Notes under the pieces: generated by a model | Database searches by the model: none | What the model saw: the letters and a program-made list of their open reading frames with translations, nothing else | Told to the model about the DNA's origin: nothing | Translations under genes and position numbers: made by a program | Assembly (NCBI GenBank): GCA_018238545.1 | Contig: JABCTC010000008.1 | Span: 1-64,000, forward strand | Direction: 5' to 3' | DNA length: 64,000 bases | Source of the DNA: Candidatus Heimdallarchaeota archaeon | GTDB taxonomy: Archaea > Asgardarchaeota > Heimdallarchaeia > Heimdallarchaeales > Heimdallarchaeaceae | Part shown: positions 28,738 through 38,498 of the stretch, piece after piece | Numbering within the stretch: position 1 is the first letter of the stretch | How the letters are laid out: every line of letters starts with the position of its first letter

Positions 28738-28950
28738 ATGCCAAGTGAAATAACTAAAGAGAAACTTGAAGAGATTGTTCAATTAACCATTGATCAGGGT
28801 GGAGAGCTCCGAACAAAGAGAAGCAAGGATAAAATTAAGCTCAAATTTAGAACAAAAAAACGACTTTATACTATTAAACTACCCCTAAAAGAAGCTGAGG
28901 CTTTAATTGCTGAGTTATCATCCAAACTAACTGTTGTGTCTTTTTCATAA
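28738..28950 (+). CDS. rpl38e: Ribosomal protein eL38
   Basis: MPSEI..KIKLKFRTKKRLYTIK. Confidence 0.8.
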   Translation: MPSEITKEKLEEIVQLTIDQGGELRTKRSKDKIKLKFRTKKRLYTIKLPLKEAEALIAELSSKLTVVSFS

Positions 28951-28969
28951 AAGTAAAAGATAAAGAAAC

Positions 28970-29494
28970 TCATTCTTCATCTTGCTTCTTTTTAAGTACA
29001 ACAATATCACCCAGGGTTTGAAAAGCCGACCCTTTTTTCTGATCTTTTGGACTATAGGATGCAACACTTTCTGTAATTTTAATGTTGAAAAATTTCTCTA
29101 ATTTCGCAATTATCACATCTGGAGGTCTCATTTTCCCTGTTTCAATGCTTTGCAACTCTTGGATAGAAATCTTGGTTTGAATAGACACATCTTTCTGTGT
29201 CATTCCCTTCTTCTGTCTGGCTAACCTTATACGTTCATCGTAATCTGGAGCGAGTTCTTTAGAATCGACTTCTGGACGACCTCTATATGGTCTTGAAGGT
29301 TGTCTGACTGAGATATTACTTTGCAAAGATGAGGTTGTTTTTGTCCCTCTGAAACCTGTTTTCTTTGGTTTAGGTTTTGTGACTAGTTTTCCGTGCTTGG
29401 CACAAGAAGGACAAACCAATAGAACAGCACCTTCTATTTCAATGGTTATGGGTTTTGAAAAAATCTCATTACCGCACATTTCACATGTTACCAA
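28970..29494 (-). CDS. Multiprotein bridging factor aMBF1
   Basis: CEMCG..VCPSC zinc ribbon, HTH, TLGD. Confidence 0.92.
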   Translation of the reverse strand: MVTCEMCGNEIFSKPITIEIEGAVLLVCPSCAKHGKLVTKPKPKKTGFRGTKTTSSLQSNISVRQPSRPYRGRPEVDSKELAPDYDERIRLARQKKGMTQKDVSIQTKISIQELQSIETGKMRPPDVIIAKLEKFFNIKITESVASYSPKDQKKGSAFQTLGDIVVLKKKQDEE

Positions 29495-29626
29495 ATATGT
29501 TCACCACTTTATTCGGGTTTTGTTTTATAAAACAAGTTAAATTCAAAAACATTTTTCTATTAGCGTAAAAAGAAAACAATATTAACTTCAAATATTGTTT
29601 TTTAAATAACGTATAGGTGAATTATC

Positions 29627-29971
29627 ATGGACTTCTGCCCAAATTGTGGTAAAATATTACATACTGAGAAGGATAAGAAAAATAAAACAATCTTAATTTG
29701 CTTAAGATGTGGTTTTAAGCGCAATTTAGAAATAGATGAACAAGTAACATTTACTGAAGAAGTAGAACATAATTTAATAAGAGAAATGACCACCGTTATG
29801 AATGAAAGTGAAGTTGATTCCACTAAACCCATAAAAGAAATGTATTGTCCTAAATGTGAAACAAAACAGAATGTGAGTTTTTGGCAGATACAAACAAGGA
29901 GTGCTGATGAATCCCCAACTAGATTTTTCAGATGCATTACATGTGGAGAAACTTGGCGAGAATACGATTAA
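29627..29971 (+). CDS. tfs: Transcription factor S
   Basis: Two Zn ribbons; QTRSADESPTRFFRC. Confidence 0.95.
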   Translation: MDFCPNCGKILHTEKDKKNKTILICLRCGFKRNLEIDEQVTFTEEVEHNLIREMTTVMNESEVDSTKPIKEMYCPKCETKQNVSFWQIQTRSADESPTRFFRCITCGETWREYD

Positions 29972-29985
29972 AGGAAGGCGTAAAT

Positions 29986-30348
29986 ATGAGTAACAATGAT
30001 TCCAGTTTCCAAGATTTCCCCTCTGAAAGAAAATATATACGGAAAAAACCATATTGTGAAATTAATCTTTCTGAATTATCTAAACCTGGAAAGTATCGAA
30101 TTGTAGGCACAGTTACTAATGTAACAAATGATACTTTCACCATTAATGATGGCTCTGATCAGATAGAGGCCATTTTTACTGTTCCGCAAAATTTAGAAGT
30201 TAAAGAAGGAATTCTGTTACGTTTATTTGGTTTCATGGAACTTGAACCAAAAAAACAAATAAAAGTGTCCATTGCCCAAGAACTGGGTGATATAGATGTG
30301 GACACTTACAGCCAAATAAAAGAATTAGAACAATCACTAACTAAGTAG
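29986..30348 (+). CDS. Single OB-fold protein, RPA3/RPA14-like
   Basis: RKKPY..RIVGTV..INDGSD..LRLFG..QELGDIDVDTY..IKELE pattern of archaeal RPA small subunit. Confidence 0.65.
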   Translation: MSNNDSSFQDFPSERKYIRKKPYCEINLSELSKPGKYRIVGTVTNVTNDTFTINDGSDQIEAIFTVPQNLEVKEGILLRLFGFMELEPKKQIKVSIAQELGDIDVDTYSQIKELEQSLTK

Positions 30349-30468
30349 GATTTAGAAACCGCATTGGGCGATTGTTTTATATATTAAAATACTAAATGAC
30401 TAAAAGAGGGTATTTCGTGACTACCACCACGAAATTGCTCATTATTAAAACATAAACGGGGTAGAATA

Positions 30469-31254
30469 ATGACCTTTGAAATGATATTAGAAGACGCAAA
30501 ATTAATGGCAAATATCTGTTCTATCATAAGTTCAATAGTTGCTGAGAGCAGTGTTAACATTGCAGAAGATGGTATTCGAATTAAAGCATTTGACGCAACT
30601 CGTATTTCAATGATTGATTTTTTCCTTAAAAAGGAAGCCTTCAAAAAATATGATGTCAAAGAAACTGCTATTTTAGGCTTGAGTTTAGAAACTCTCAATA
30701 CAATTTTAAAAACCGCTAGAGCAAATGAAAATTTGCGAATGGCCCTTGATGATAAAACCAAAAGATTCGTTATTGAGTTTATAGGTAAAAATCAACAAAG
30801 GAAATTTGCATTATCTTTAATTGATATCCCTGAAGAAGGAAACATCCCTGATTCAATTCATATTGACTTTGATACAAACTTTGAAGTAAAGGCCTCCTTT
30901 ATTCAACAGGTTCTCAAAGATGCAGAGATGGTTAGCGACTATCTGCGAATCAAGGCAAAAGAAGATGGTATTTATTTTGGAGCAGAAAGTGATACAAAAG
31001 AAATGGATACATTCATAGAACCCAAAAGTGAAGAAATGGAAACATCAGCTTTTCAAGTTGCAGGTGAATCAGAAGCTGTTTATTCATTAGACTTCCTATC
31101 AAATTTCTTAAAAGGTATAAGATCTTCAGATTATGTTAAATTATCCTACAATCAAGAACAACCAATAAGAATTGTTTATGAGCTGGAAGATAAGGGGCAC
31201 TTAATTTACTTTGTAGCACCAAGAATCGAAGAAAGTGAAGAGATAGAAGACTAA
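30469..31254 (+). CDS. pcn: PCNA sliding clamp
   Basis: AFDATRISMID, YSLDFL, YFVAPRIE. Confidence 0.95.
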   Translation: MTFEMILEDAKLMANICSIISSIVAESSVNIAEDGIRIKAFDATRISMIDFFLKKEAFKKYDVKETAILGLSLETLNTILKTARANENLRMALDDKTKRFVIEFIGKNQQRKFALSLIDIPEEGNIPDSIHIDFDTNFEVKASFIQQVLKDAEMVSDYLRIKAKEDGIYFGAESDTKEMDTFIEPKSEEMETSAFQVAGESEAVYSLDFLSNFLKGIRSSDYVKLSYNQEQPIRIVYELEDKGHLIYFVAPRIEESEEIED

Positions 31255-31318
31255 GATTAGACTTAAAGTGAGGGAGAATAAAGCCTTTTTCCATTCTTAA
31301 TAACCGTGGTGTGATAAA

Positions 31319-31891
31319 GTGTTTGAAAAAATTCAAGATAAATGGAAGGACGAACGTGGAAGTGAAAAACTAACTCCCATGGATGAGATATTTTACAGTG
31401 CTATGAGAGAACTTCTGAAGAAACATACCACAAAAACAAAAAAGGAAATCAACCCTCTCATTAAGAAGATTCTGGAAACCAGATTGGAAAGAATCAAATA
31501 TATAATCGATGACTTGATGAGAATACGAACTACAAAGTTAATTACAATGGTAATGAATAGAGAAAAAGTAACCGTTAATTTAGCAAGAGAAGAACAAGAT
31601 TTTTATGACAGATTTTCGCAAATCTATGAATTATACAGGAAAGAGGTATTTTCACCAAAAGATGTAGCATATGTTGACATTAACAAATTAATTGGGAAAG
31701 AAATTGAGGAAGAAGGAGAAGAAGAAATAGATTATGTTGCTATTAGATTTATTAAGAAAACCAAAGCTCAAATCCAGGGGTTAGATGGGAAGACCTATGG
31801 ACCGTTTGAACCTGAAGACGTTTGTTTAATACCTAAAGAAAACGCTATTGGTTTAGTTAGAAGAGAAATTGCTGAAAATATAGAAATGTGA
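31319..31891 (+). CDS. GINS subunit (Gins15/51 type)
   Basis: Helical A-domain then GLDGKTYGPFEPEDVCLIPKENA B-domain; follows PCNA. Confidence 0.85.
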   Translation: MFEKIQDKWKDERGSEKLTPMDEIFYSAMRELLKKHTTKTKKEINPLIKKILETRLERIKYIIDDLMRIRTTKLITMVMNREKVTVNLAREEQDFYDRFSQIYELYRKEVFSPKDVAYVDINKLIGKEIEEEGEEEIDYVAIRFIKKTKAQIQGLDGKTYGPFEPEDVCLIPKENAIGLVRREIAENIEM

Positions 31892-31906
31892 AAATGTGAA
31901 GTAATA

Positions 31907-32092
31907 TTAAGAAAGTACTTCTAAAACTTCCCCAAGGATTTTTGCTTTTCCACCTTTTGGTTCAGTTAGATTTGAACCGCAAACATTGCATTTTACTACT
32001 ATTTTTGCTGAATCAAATACAATTTGTTCATTATTGCAACTTTCACACTTAACTTTAAGGAATTTAGTGGTAGGTTGAGGTACTTTAGACAT
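31907..32092 (-). CDS. rps27e: Ribosomal protein eS27
   Basis: FLKVKCESCNNEQIVF..CNVCG..PKGGKA. Confidence 0.95.
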   Translation of the reverse strand: MSKVPQPTTKFLKVKCESCNNEQIVFDSAKIVVKCNVCGSNLTEPKGGKAKILGEVLEVLS

Positions 32093-32169
32093 AGTTGAAG
32101 CAAATAAAGTGAATTTAAATATTTATTGATAAAAGGGTAAAACAAATAATTCGAAAAATAAAAAGAAAA

Positions 32170-32254
32170 TGGTGCGGGGAGGGAGATTCGAACTCCCGAA
32201 CCACTAAGGAACAGATCTTGAGTCTGCCGCCGTTGGCCACTTGGCTATCCCCAC
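32170..32254 (-). tRNA. tRNA-Leu(CAA)
   Basis: Loop CT-CAA-GA, long variable arm, GTTCGAATC, encoded CCA. Confidence 0.93.
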
Positions 32255-32302
32255 AAATAAACTTCTCATTAAAGTGTTATTGGAAAAGTTTTTCACACTT
32301 AT

Positions 32303-33559
32303 TTAATCTTTTCTTTTTTTAGCTATTTGTAGTAGAATTGTTATGGATACTACAAGAAAGGCAATAACTGAGAATCGGTAATCAAATGAAACAATTTCTG
32401 TTTCAGAATCACATTTTACAAGAGTTGATTTCAGATTAGAATTTCCCCAAACATCGAATACAGATAAAGACACATTATATTCGCTGTCTGGATTTACAGT
32501 TAATTTATATTTGAAACTCCAAGAATTTTCTCCTGTAGCCTCGTGACTACCCCACTTTTCTAAAACAGAGTTTACATAGCAATAATAATCGAAATCAGAT
32601 CTATCAGAAACAACAAATATTATTTCAATTACTTCATCACTCTCTGTAAATAATATTATGTCTTGGATGTCAATTGTTGGACCCTCCAGATCTTCTTCCC
32701 ATAGATAATCTTGGTTATTTAATATAAAATCAGTAGCATTCAATGTCACTTCATATGGGAGGTTATTCATTACTTTTGGATGAGGATAGTTTTCAGTTGA
32801 TCCCGCTACAGAACTTGCATAATCTGCAAGTTCGGGGTAAATTTCGAATGTTTCATTATAACATTGCCTAATATCTGGTAGTGAATATTCATACATCTCT
32901 TCTAGACTCACAACGCCATTTCCTGAAGAATCTGCATTAATATCAGCCATTGTTTTAGCCCAAAAGTGGGATGAAATGCCACCAATAAATTCTGGTTCAC
33001 TTAACATCCACGTATCATTATCTTCAGAGGTATATAACAAAGCAAATTCATTTTTAGCTACACTACTCATTGCGAAACTACGATGAAAGAATAATTCAAC
33101 GAATTCACCGCTATAACATGTTTCCATTAAGAAAATTTTATTATCCGTACCAATTCGATTGAATAACAATTGAAACCAACTATTAAAATCTAAAACATCA
33201 CGACAGTAAGTATGACCATGAGCTGAAAGATAAATAAAGACTAAATCGTTTTCATCTACTTTCTCTTCAAGATAATTTAACTGCTCTAGGAAAATGTTTT
33301 TTGTCATATTTTCTTCACCTAGAAATATAGAAATGTTTCCCGCTGACCATCCTAAACTCAATAATGTGTCGTGCATTTCGATAGCTGAACACATGATAGT
33401 ACCATTTATTTCCTGTGGGAATTGATCAAAAAGAACAGCATAAACCTCAACAGGGTTATTAACTTCTTCTCCTGCAACGTCATGATAATTAGGAACAGAA
33501 AGAATAAACGTTAATGTAATAATAGTAAAAATTGCAAAGTGTATGAATTTCTTCCTCAT
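32303..33559 (-). CDS. Secreted, C-terminally anchored clan CD (caspase/legumain-like) cysteine peptidase
   Basis: Signal peptide; FIYLSAHG and FLMETCYSG His/Cys dyad; beta-rich domain; TM + KKRKD tail. Confidence 0.8.
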   Translation of the reverse strand: MRKKFIHFAIFTIITLTFILSVPNYHDVAGEEVNNPVEVYAVLFDQFPQEINGTIMCSAIEMHDTLLSLGWSAGNISIFLGEENMTKNIFLEQLNYLEEKVDENDLVFIYLSAHGHTYCRDVLDFNSWFQLLFNRIGTDNKIFLMETCYSGEFVELFFHRSFAMSSVAKNEFALLYTSEDNDTWMLSEPEFIGGISSHFWAKTMADINADSSGNGVVSLEEMYEYSLPDIRQCYNETFEIYPELADYASSVAGSTENYPHPKVMNNLPYEVTLNATDFILNNQDYLWEEDLEGPTIDIQDIILFTESDEVIEIIFVVSDRSDFDYYCYVNSVLEKWGSHEATGENSWSFKYKLTVNPDSEYNVSLSVFDVWGNSNLKSTLVKCDSETEIVSFDYRFSVIAFLVVSITILLQIAKKRKD

Positions 33560-33596
33560 TATTATATAAGGAGTTCAAACACTTATATTTCTTGAT

Positions 33597-34778
33597 TTAT
33601 AATCTTATTAGTGATAATTCGAGTTGTCTAACTGAAAGGAACTCACAACCATCTTTGGTAACTAAGACGTCTTCCTCGATACTACAATAACCATGGTTTT
33701 CAACATAGACATGGAGTTCTAAGGTGAAAGCTTGATTTTCCTCAACAAGCATGAGAGGTGAATTGCCATATTTCTCCCATTTAGGGCCTAAGAGGCAACC
33801 TGAATCATGGACATTTCTTCCTATTTGATGTCCTAGTGCATGCATGAATTCTTTATATCCTTCTTTTATTACTATATCTCTTGCTATTTTATCAACTTCC
33901 CACCCATATACTCCTGGTTTCAGTTTTTCTGCACTAGTAGTAATTGCTCTTATTACTGTTTCAAAAGCTCTTACAACCTCTTTGGGTGGCATAATCTCTC
34001 CTTCTCTTAATATATAATTCATTCTCTGAAGATCTGAGGCATACCCCTCGAAAAATACCCCATAATCAACATTTATGAGATCTCCTCTTTTGACTTTAAT
34101 ATCTGAAGAAGCTTTTCCATGTCCTATGGATGTTGTGGCACCAACATGGATTAATGGAGGATATGAAACAGTTACACCTTTTTCTTTTGTAAATTTCAGT
34201 AACATTTTTTCTATATCTTCCTCACTCATTTCAAGTTTAATAAACTCTGTAACTTTTTTATGCCCATTTTCACTTATTTCAACCGCTTTTTTTATCTTAT
34301 TGATTTCCAATTCTGTTTTTCTCCCTCTTAAAGCAGCGAGCAGTTTTTCAGAGGATACTAACCTTTCAAGGTAAGGTGTACCCTCTAGAAGCTTGTTTAG
34401 TCTTAACCACATTCCATGAGTTAAGCCATCTGCTGCTACATTATCTATTGAATAATTTATAGCTATAGAGCTGGGGTCTATTTCATCTAAGACTTTTATT
34501 AAATCGGTTTTAATGCTCTCATCGTAACCAATAATTGTATCATAAACACCTATTTTCTCTAAATTTGTAACATCATAACGACCACAAATAGCAATCTTTT
34601 TTCCAGATTTTGTTATCAAAAGAACTGTTTGCCAAGTCAACCATGAATCTTCCATAAGGAAATAAAGACTGGGATCATGTATCTCTGAAGTTTTTCTGAC
34701 ATAGGTTAACCAAATATCTATGTCGAGTTCGTTCAAAATGCTTATAGCCTGATCTGTTTTTTGTTTCACCAAGTTCAT
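33597..34778 (-). CDS. Xaa-Pro aminopeptidase (M24)
   Basis: VDYG..YASDLQR, HALGHQIGRNVHD, TLE, IEEDV. Confidence 0.9.
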   Translation of the reverse strand: MNLVKQKTDQAISILNELDIDIWLTYVRKTSEIHDPSLYFLMEDSWLTWQTVLLITKSGKKIAICGRYDVTNLEKIGVYDTIIGYDESIKTDLIKVLDEIDPSSIAINYSIDNVAADGLTHGMWLRLNKLLEGTPYLERLVSSEKLLAALRGRKTELEINKIKKAVEISENGHKKVTEFIKLEMSEEDIEKMLLKFTKEKGVTVSYPPLIHVGATTSIGHGKASSDIKVKRGDLINVDYGVFFEGYASDLQRMNYILREGEIMPPKEVVRAFETVIRAITTSAEKLKPGVYGWEVDKIARDIVIKEGYKEFMHALGHQIGRNVHDSGCLLGPKWEKYGNSPLMLVEENQAFTLELHVYVENHGYCSIEEDVLVTKDGCEFLSVRQLELSLIRL

Positions 34779-34967
34779 GATGACGTAAAATTATTTAGTT
34801 TATATTTGAATTTTGCTCAATTCTCAAGCATGTTGCTATACATGTGTTTATTTATATCCTAGGTAAATTCAAAAACGATTTACCCGAATAAGATAAAGTT
34901 AAAGAAGCTTTAAATACATAACATTATTGTCTGTTGTTATCACAAAATCTACTTAAGAGAGGCCATC

Positions 34968-35582
34968 ATGTCAAAAGACGAAACAAATGGAAAGGAGAAA
35001 GGAGACGACGTCAGTAACTCTAAAATGGCGTCAAAAGTTGATATCTCTGAAAGACAAAGGCAAACACTCATTGAAGTAGTGGATGATATAGCTGGGGAAG
35101 AAGTAAAGAAGGTAACTCTAGTCTTATTGAATGCAGATGAAGAAACTACAGATGAAGAGATTTCAGAAAAGCTGGACATGAGACTTAATCAAGTTAGAAA
35201 GTCATTATACAAATTGTATGATTTACAGCTAGCTACTTTTAGAAGAATAAGAGATAAATCAACTGGTTGGTTTGTTTATTTTTGGACTTTACATCCTGAG
35301 AGAATAGATGTCTTTGTAGAAAAAAAACAACTAGACGTTTTACAAAAACTCCATTCTCGCTTGATTTATGAAGAATCTAATATGTTCTTCACTTGTGATA
35401 ATCCCGATTGTCCTCGTGTAACATTCCAAGAAGCTATGGATAATAACTTTGAATGTGAAACATGTAAAGGACGATTGGAGGCCTTTGAGAATGTTCAGCT
35501 AATTAAGGTGTTAAAGGAAAAAATAGTTGAACTCGAAGCAATTAGAGAAAAAACACAAAAGATTATGAAAGGCGAGAAGTAA
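34968..35582 (+). CDS. tfe: Transcription factor E alpha
   Basis: TDEEIS..LNQVRKSLYKL, GWFVYFW, Zn ribbon. Confidence 0.92.
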   Translation: MSKDETNGKEKGDDVSNSKMASKVDISERQRQTLIEVVDDIAGEEVKKVTLVLLNADEETTDEEISEKLDMRLNQVRKSLYKLYDLQLATFRRIRDKSTGWFVYFWTLHPERIDVFVEKKQLDVLQKLHSRLIYEESNMFFTCDNPDCPRVTFQEAMDNNFECETCKGRLEAFENVQLIKVLKEKIVELEAIREKTQKIMKGEK

Positions 35583-36272
35583 AAATCTAATCTCTCCTAA
35601 CCAAGACGTTTTTTGAACAGATTCACTCTCTAATTCCCTTAATGCATCCTTAGCAACCCATTTTCCTGCTGTAGAATCTAACTGAGCTATTATTTTTGCA
35701 ACTTTTATAGCTTCTTTGTTGAGTTTCAGATTTCTTTTTCCAATCTGTCTCAGTGCCCAGTTAACAGCTTTTTTTACCATGGTTCTAGAGTCTGTAGAAC
35801 CCTTTTTAATCAGTGGAAAGAACTGAATAAAAGATTGATCTTCCGCTTTTTTGTCGCTTACAGCTAGCCTTGCTATCATCACATAACCTGCTCTTTTGAT
35901 GAACTCTTCTTCACTAACACTCCATTCAAAGGCTTTAGTGTAAGCAAATTCTGTTTTCTCGAAGAGATTCATTATAATTTGATCACAGATCTCCCAATAA
36001 TCAAAATCTATAACCCATTTTTCTAGTTGTTTTTCAGTTACTTGTTCGGGAACATCAATCATACTTGCTAAAATCATTGTTTCCCTATACCCCGTCTCCC
36101 ATAATTTGTGAGCTAATTCTCTATTTTTCTTTATCCTCTTTGCCATTTTTCTAAGTTCTGGTATCCTTATTCCAAAAGTTTTGTCAGGAGTTATACCAAA
36201 CCTTGCCATCCCCTCAATAGATTCAAGATTAGATTTAGATTTGAATTCTTGCATTATTTCATCAAACTGCAT
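35511..36272 (-). CDS. AlkD-like DNA alkylation repair protein (3' end probably frameshifted)
   Basis: GIRIPELRK, WEICD, VKKAVNWALRQIGKRN; likely start MQFDEIM at 36272. Confidence 0.85.
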   Translation of the reverse strand: MQFDEIMQEFKSKSNLESIEGMARFGITPDKTFGIRIPELRKMAKRIKKNRELAHKLWETGYRETMILASMIDVPEQVTEKQLEKWVIDFDYWEICDQIIMNLFEKTEFAYTKAFEWSVSEEEFIKRAGYVMIARLAVSDKKAEDQSFIQFFPLIKKGSTDSRTMVKKAVNWALRQIGKRNLKLNKEAIKVAKIIAQLDSTAGKWVAKDALRELESESVQKTSWLGEIRFLLLAFHNLLCFFSNCFEFNYFFL

Positions 36273-36413
36273 TGTATTCAAAATGAAAATAGCATTTAAC
36301 TTTAAAAATCTGTATAGTTCACAAACAATTCTTTTGCACAATAATTGTTCTTTCAGTAAAGTTTTATTATTCTAAAATTATTTTTTTATTAACTTGTATT
36401 AGGCGGAATTTTC

Positions 36414-36962
36414 ATGTTTCCAGAAGTAATAAAAACCCAAGAAGAAATAGAAGAAGCTGGTTTGGACAAATTAATCATAAAATTAGATCATATTGCATAT
36501 CGCGTGAAAAAGGGAGAGGGAGAAAAAGCAATGGCAGAACTAGCGAATCTTGTTCCTTATAAAGAATATAAAACATTCAAAGTTGCAACTATGAACGCTG
36601 TAACTAGTGCTATAAAGCTACATGACACTCTACCTGTTATCGTTGTAAGTGAAGGATTGTCAGAAGATTCAGTTGTTGAACAATATGTGAAGAAATTTGG
36701 TGGGAGAATCCATCATTTGGCATATCTTGTAAACAATATCGATAAAGTGGTTGAAATCCAAAGAAAAAGAGGTGTTAAATTTACTACAGATTCAATAATT
36801 GGTAGTGAAAAAGAAGGAATAAAACAGATTTTCACTTTACCCACGGATACTGCCAACCATATTATTGAGTACATTCAACGATTTGGTGACTTTGATGGCT
36901 TCTTCACTCCCACAAATATCGACGAGTTGATGAAATCAACTGAAAGGTTAGGTGAAGCTTAA
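36414..36962 (+). CDS. VOC-family metalloenzyme (HPPD C-terminal-like)
   Basis: LDHIAY, GGRIHHLAY, KQIFT, EYIQR. Confidence 0.75.
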   Translation: MFPEVIKTQEEIEEAGLDKLIIKLDHIAYRVKKGEGEKAMAELANLVPYKEYKTFKVATMNAVTSAIKLHDTLPVIVVSEGLSEDSVVEQYVKKFGGRIHHLAYLVNNIDKVVEIQRKRGVKFTTDSIIGSEKEGIKQIFTLPTDTANHIIEYIQRFGDFDGFFTPTNIDELMKSTERLGEA

Positions 36963-36968
36963 GGTATT

Positions 36969-37517
36969 GTGAAAAAAACTTATCTTTGTAAAATTTATTC
37001 GTACATCATGAAGAAGTTACTTGATAATGTTTCAGCAGGTCTTTATCCTAATCCTGTTTTGTTAGTGTCATCTGAATATCTAGGAGAGGAGTCAATAATT
37101 ACTTTATCTTGGGCTGGCAACAGCTGTTCTAATCCCCCTATTATGTCACTTGGAATAAGAAAGGAAAGACATTCTCACAATATAATTAAACAATCTATGG
37201 AATTTGTTATCAACATTCCAACAACCAGTATGCTTGATGAGGTTGAAATCTGTGGTACAAAATCTGGAAAAGACATAGATAAATGGATTAAATGCAATTT
37301 TACAAAAGGACAGAGCAAAGTAGTTAATGTGCCTCACATTGAAGAATGCCCCGTTAGTCTGGAATGCAAGGTAATTCAGATAATTGAATTAGGATCTCAC
37401 GATCTATTTCTAGGTAAGGTTGTTGCAATCCATATGGACGAGAAATGGAATTCTGAAAAATACCCTGATCTTTTAACATACATTAGAGGAATTTACAAGA
37501 AATGCGTTGAGTTGTAA
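36969..37517 (+). CDS. Flavin reductase family protein
   Basis: YPNPVLLVS, EFVINIP, ECPVSLEC, GSHDLFLG. Confidence 0.9.
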   Translation: MKKTYLCKIYSYIMKKLLDNVSAGLYPNPVLLVSSEYLGEESIITLSWAGNSCSNPPIMSLGIRKERHSHNIIKQSMEFVINIPTTSMLDEVEICGTKSGKDIDKWIKCNFTKGQSKVVNVPHIEECPVSLECKVIQIIELGSHDLFLGKVVAIHMDEKWNSEKYPDLLTYIRGIYKKCVEL

Positions 37518-37535
37518 GATTAGTTACCGGAAAAA

Positions 37536-37612
37536 TGGTGGCAGGACAGGGATTTGAACCCTGGATCCTTTACTCCCGAAGCAAAAATCTTACCAAGCTA
37601 GACCATCCTACC
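37536..37612 (-). tRNA. tRNA-Pro(CGG)
   Basis: GGTAGGA/TCCTGCC, loop TT-CGG-GA, encoded CCA. Confidence 0.9.
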
Positions 37613-37720
37613 TTTATTTTGTCTATATTGGATTTTTTTAATTAAAAAAATTCCGACACCACATAGTTCTGTCCAATCACCAAAGAAAAGTATAAATCTT
37701 TATTTTATTAGAAAAATATA

Positions 37721-38481
37721 ATGAAAGTTAGGGTCATTAGTACTTTTTCTTTTGCAAAATTAGAAAAGAAGGAAAAAGCAGTTTTTGTTGTTATAGACAC
37801 GTTTCGCGCAACTAGCTCTATTGTAACTTTGAAGAATTCAGGAGCGTCAAGTATCTATATCACGGATAATGGAGACAATGCTAAAAAATTGAAAGTTCTA
37901 CTCTTTCCAGATGCTCTTCTAATTGGAGAAAGCAAAGGAATTATGATTGAAGGGTTCGGCTATGGGAACACCCTTCAATTTTTTCGAGGAAAAATTTCAA
38001 AGGAAAAGAAATCATTTTCACATCTTCTAGTGGTGCTAAAGCCATTACTGGCTTGAAAGCTCAAAAAGATGTTTTTCTCGGTTCGCTTTTAAATCTTAAT
38101 TCAATAACAACAAAAGTAGCAGAAATTGCAAAAAAAGAAGAATGTGATATATTTATCATTCCTTCAGGAAGTGCCTGGGATGAAACAATGTACGTTATTG
38201 AGGATTGGTTAACTGGGATTTTAATAGCAAATAATCTATCTACACAATTTGGCTTCGTTGACATCTCAGAAGGTGGTTTTTACTCCAAAACAAAAGAGAT
38301 TACTGAGGGAGAATACGTTCTAAGTCATCTGTTGAAAAACTCTTCTAATGGTAAAGCACTAATGGAACTTGGTTTTGCAGATGATGTAGATTTTGCAGTC
38401 AAACTTAGTAAAATAAATTACGTTCCAAAAATAAAAGAATTTAGAGAAATGGATGGAATATCCTTTTGCGTGATTAGTTAA
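37721..38481 (+). pseudogene. comB: 2-phosphosulfolactate phosphatase (ComB-like), split by one frameshift at ~37970
   Basis: VVIDTFRATSSI, LIGE; restoring one base gives GNTPS..IIFTSSSGAKAI in frame with the second ORF (IEDW, GFADDVDFA). Confidence 0.8.
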
Positions 38482-38498
38482 CCACTTCTCTCTTCTCT

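Noticed and set aside
37960-37990. Programmed -1 frameshift in comB
   Set aside because: No canonical slippery heptamer or clear downstream structure at the required position
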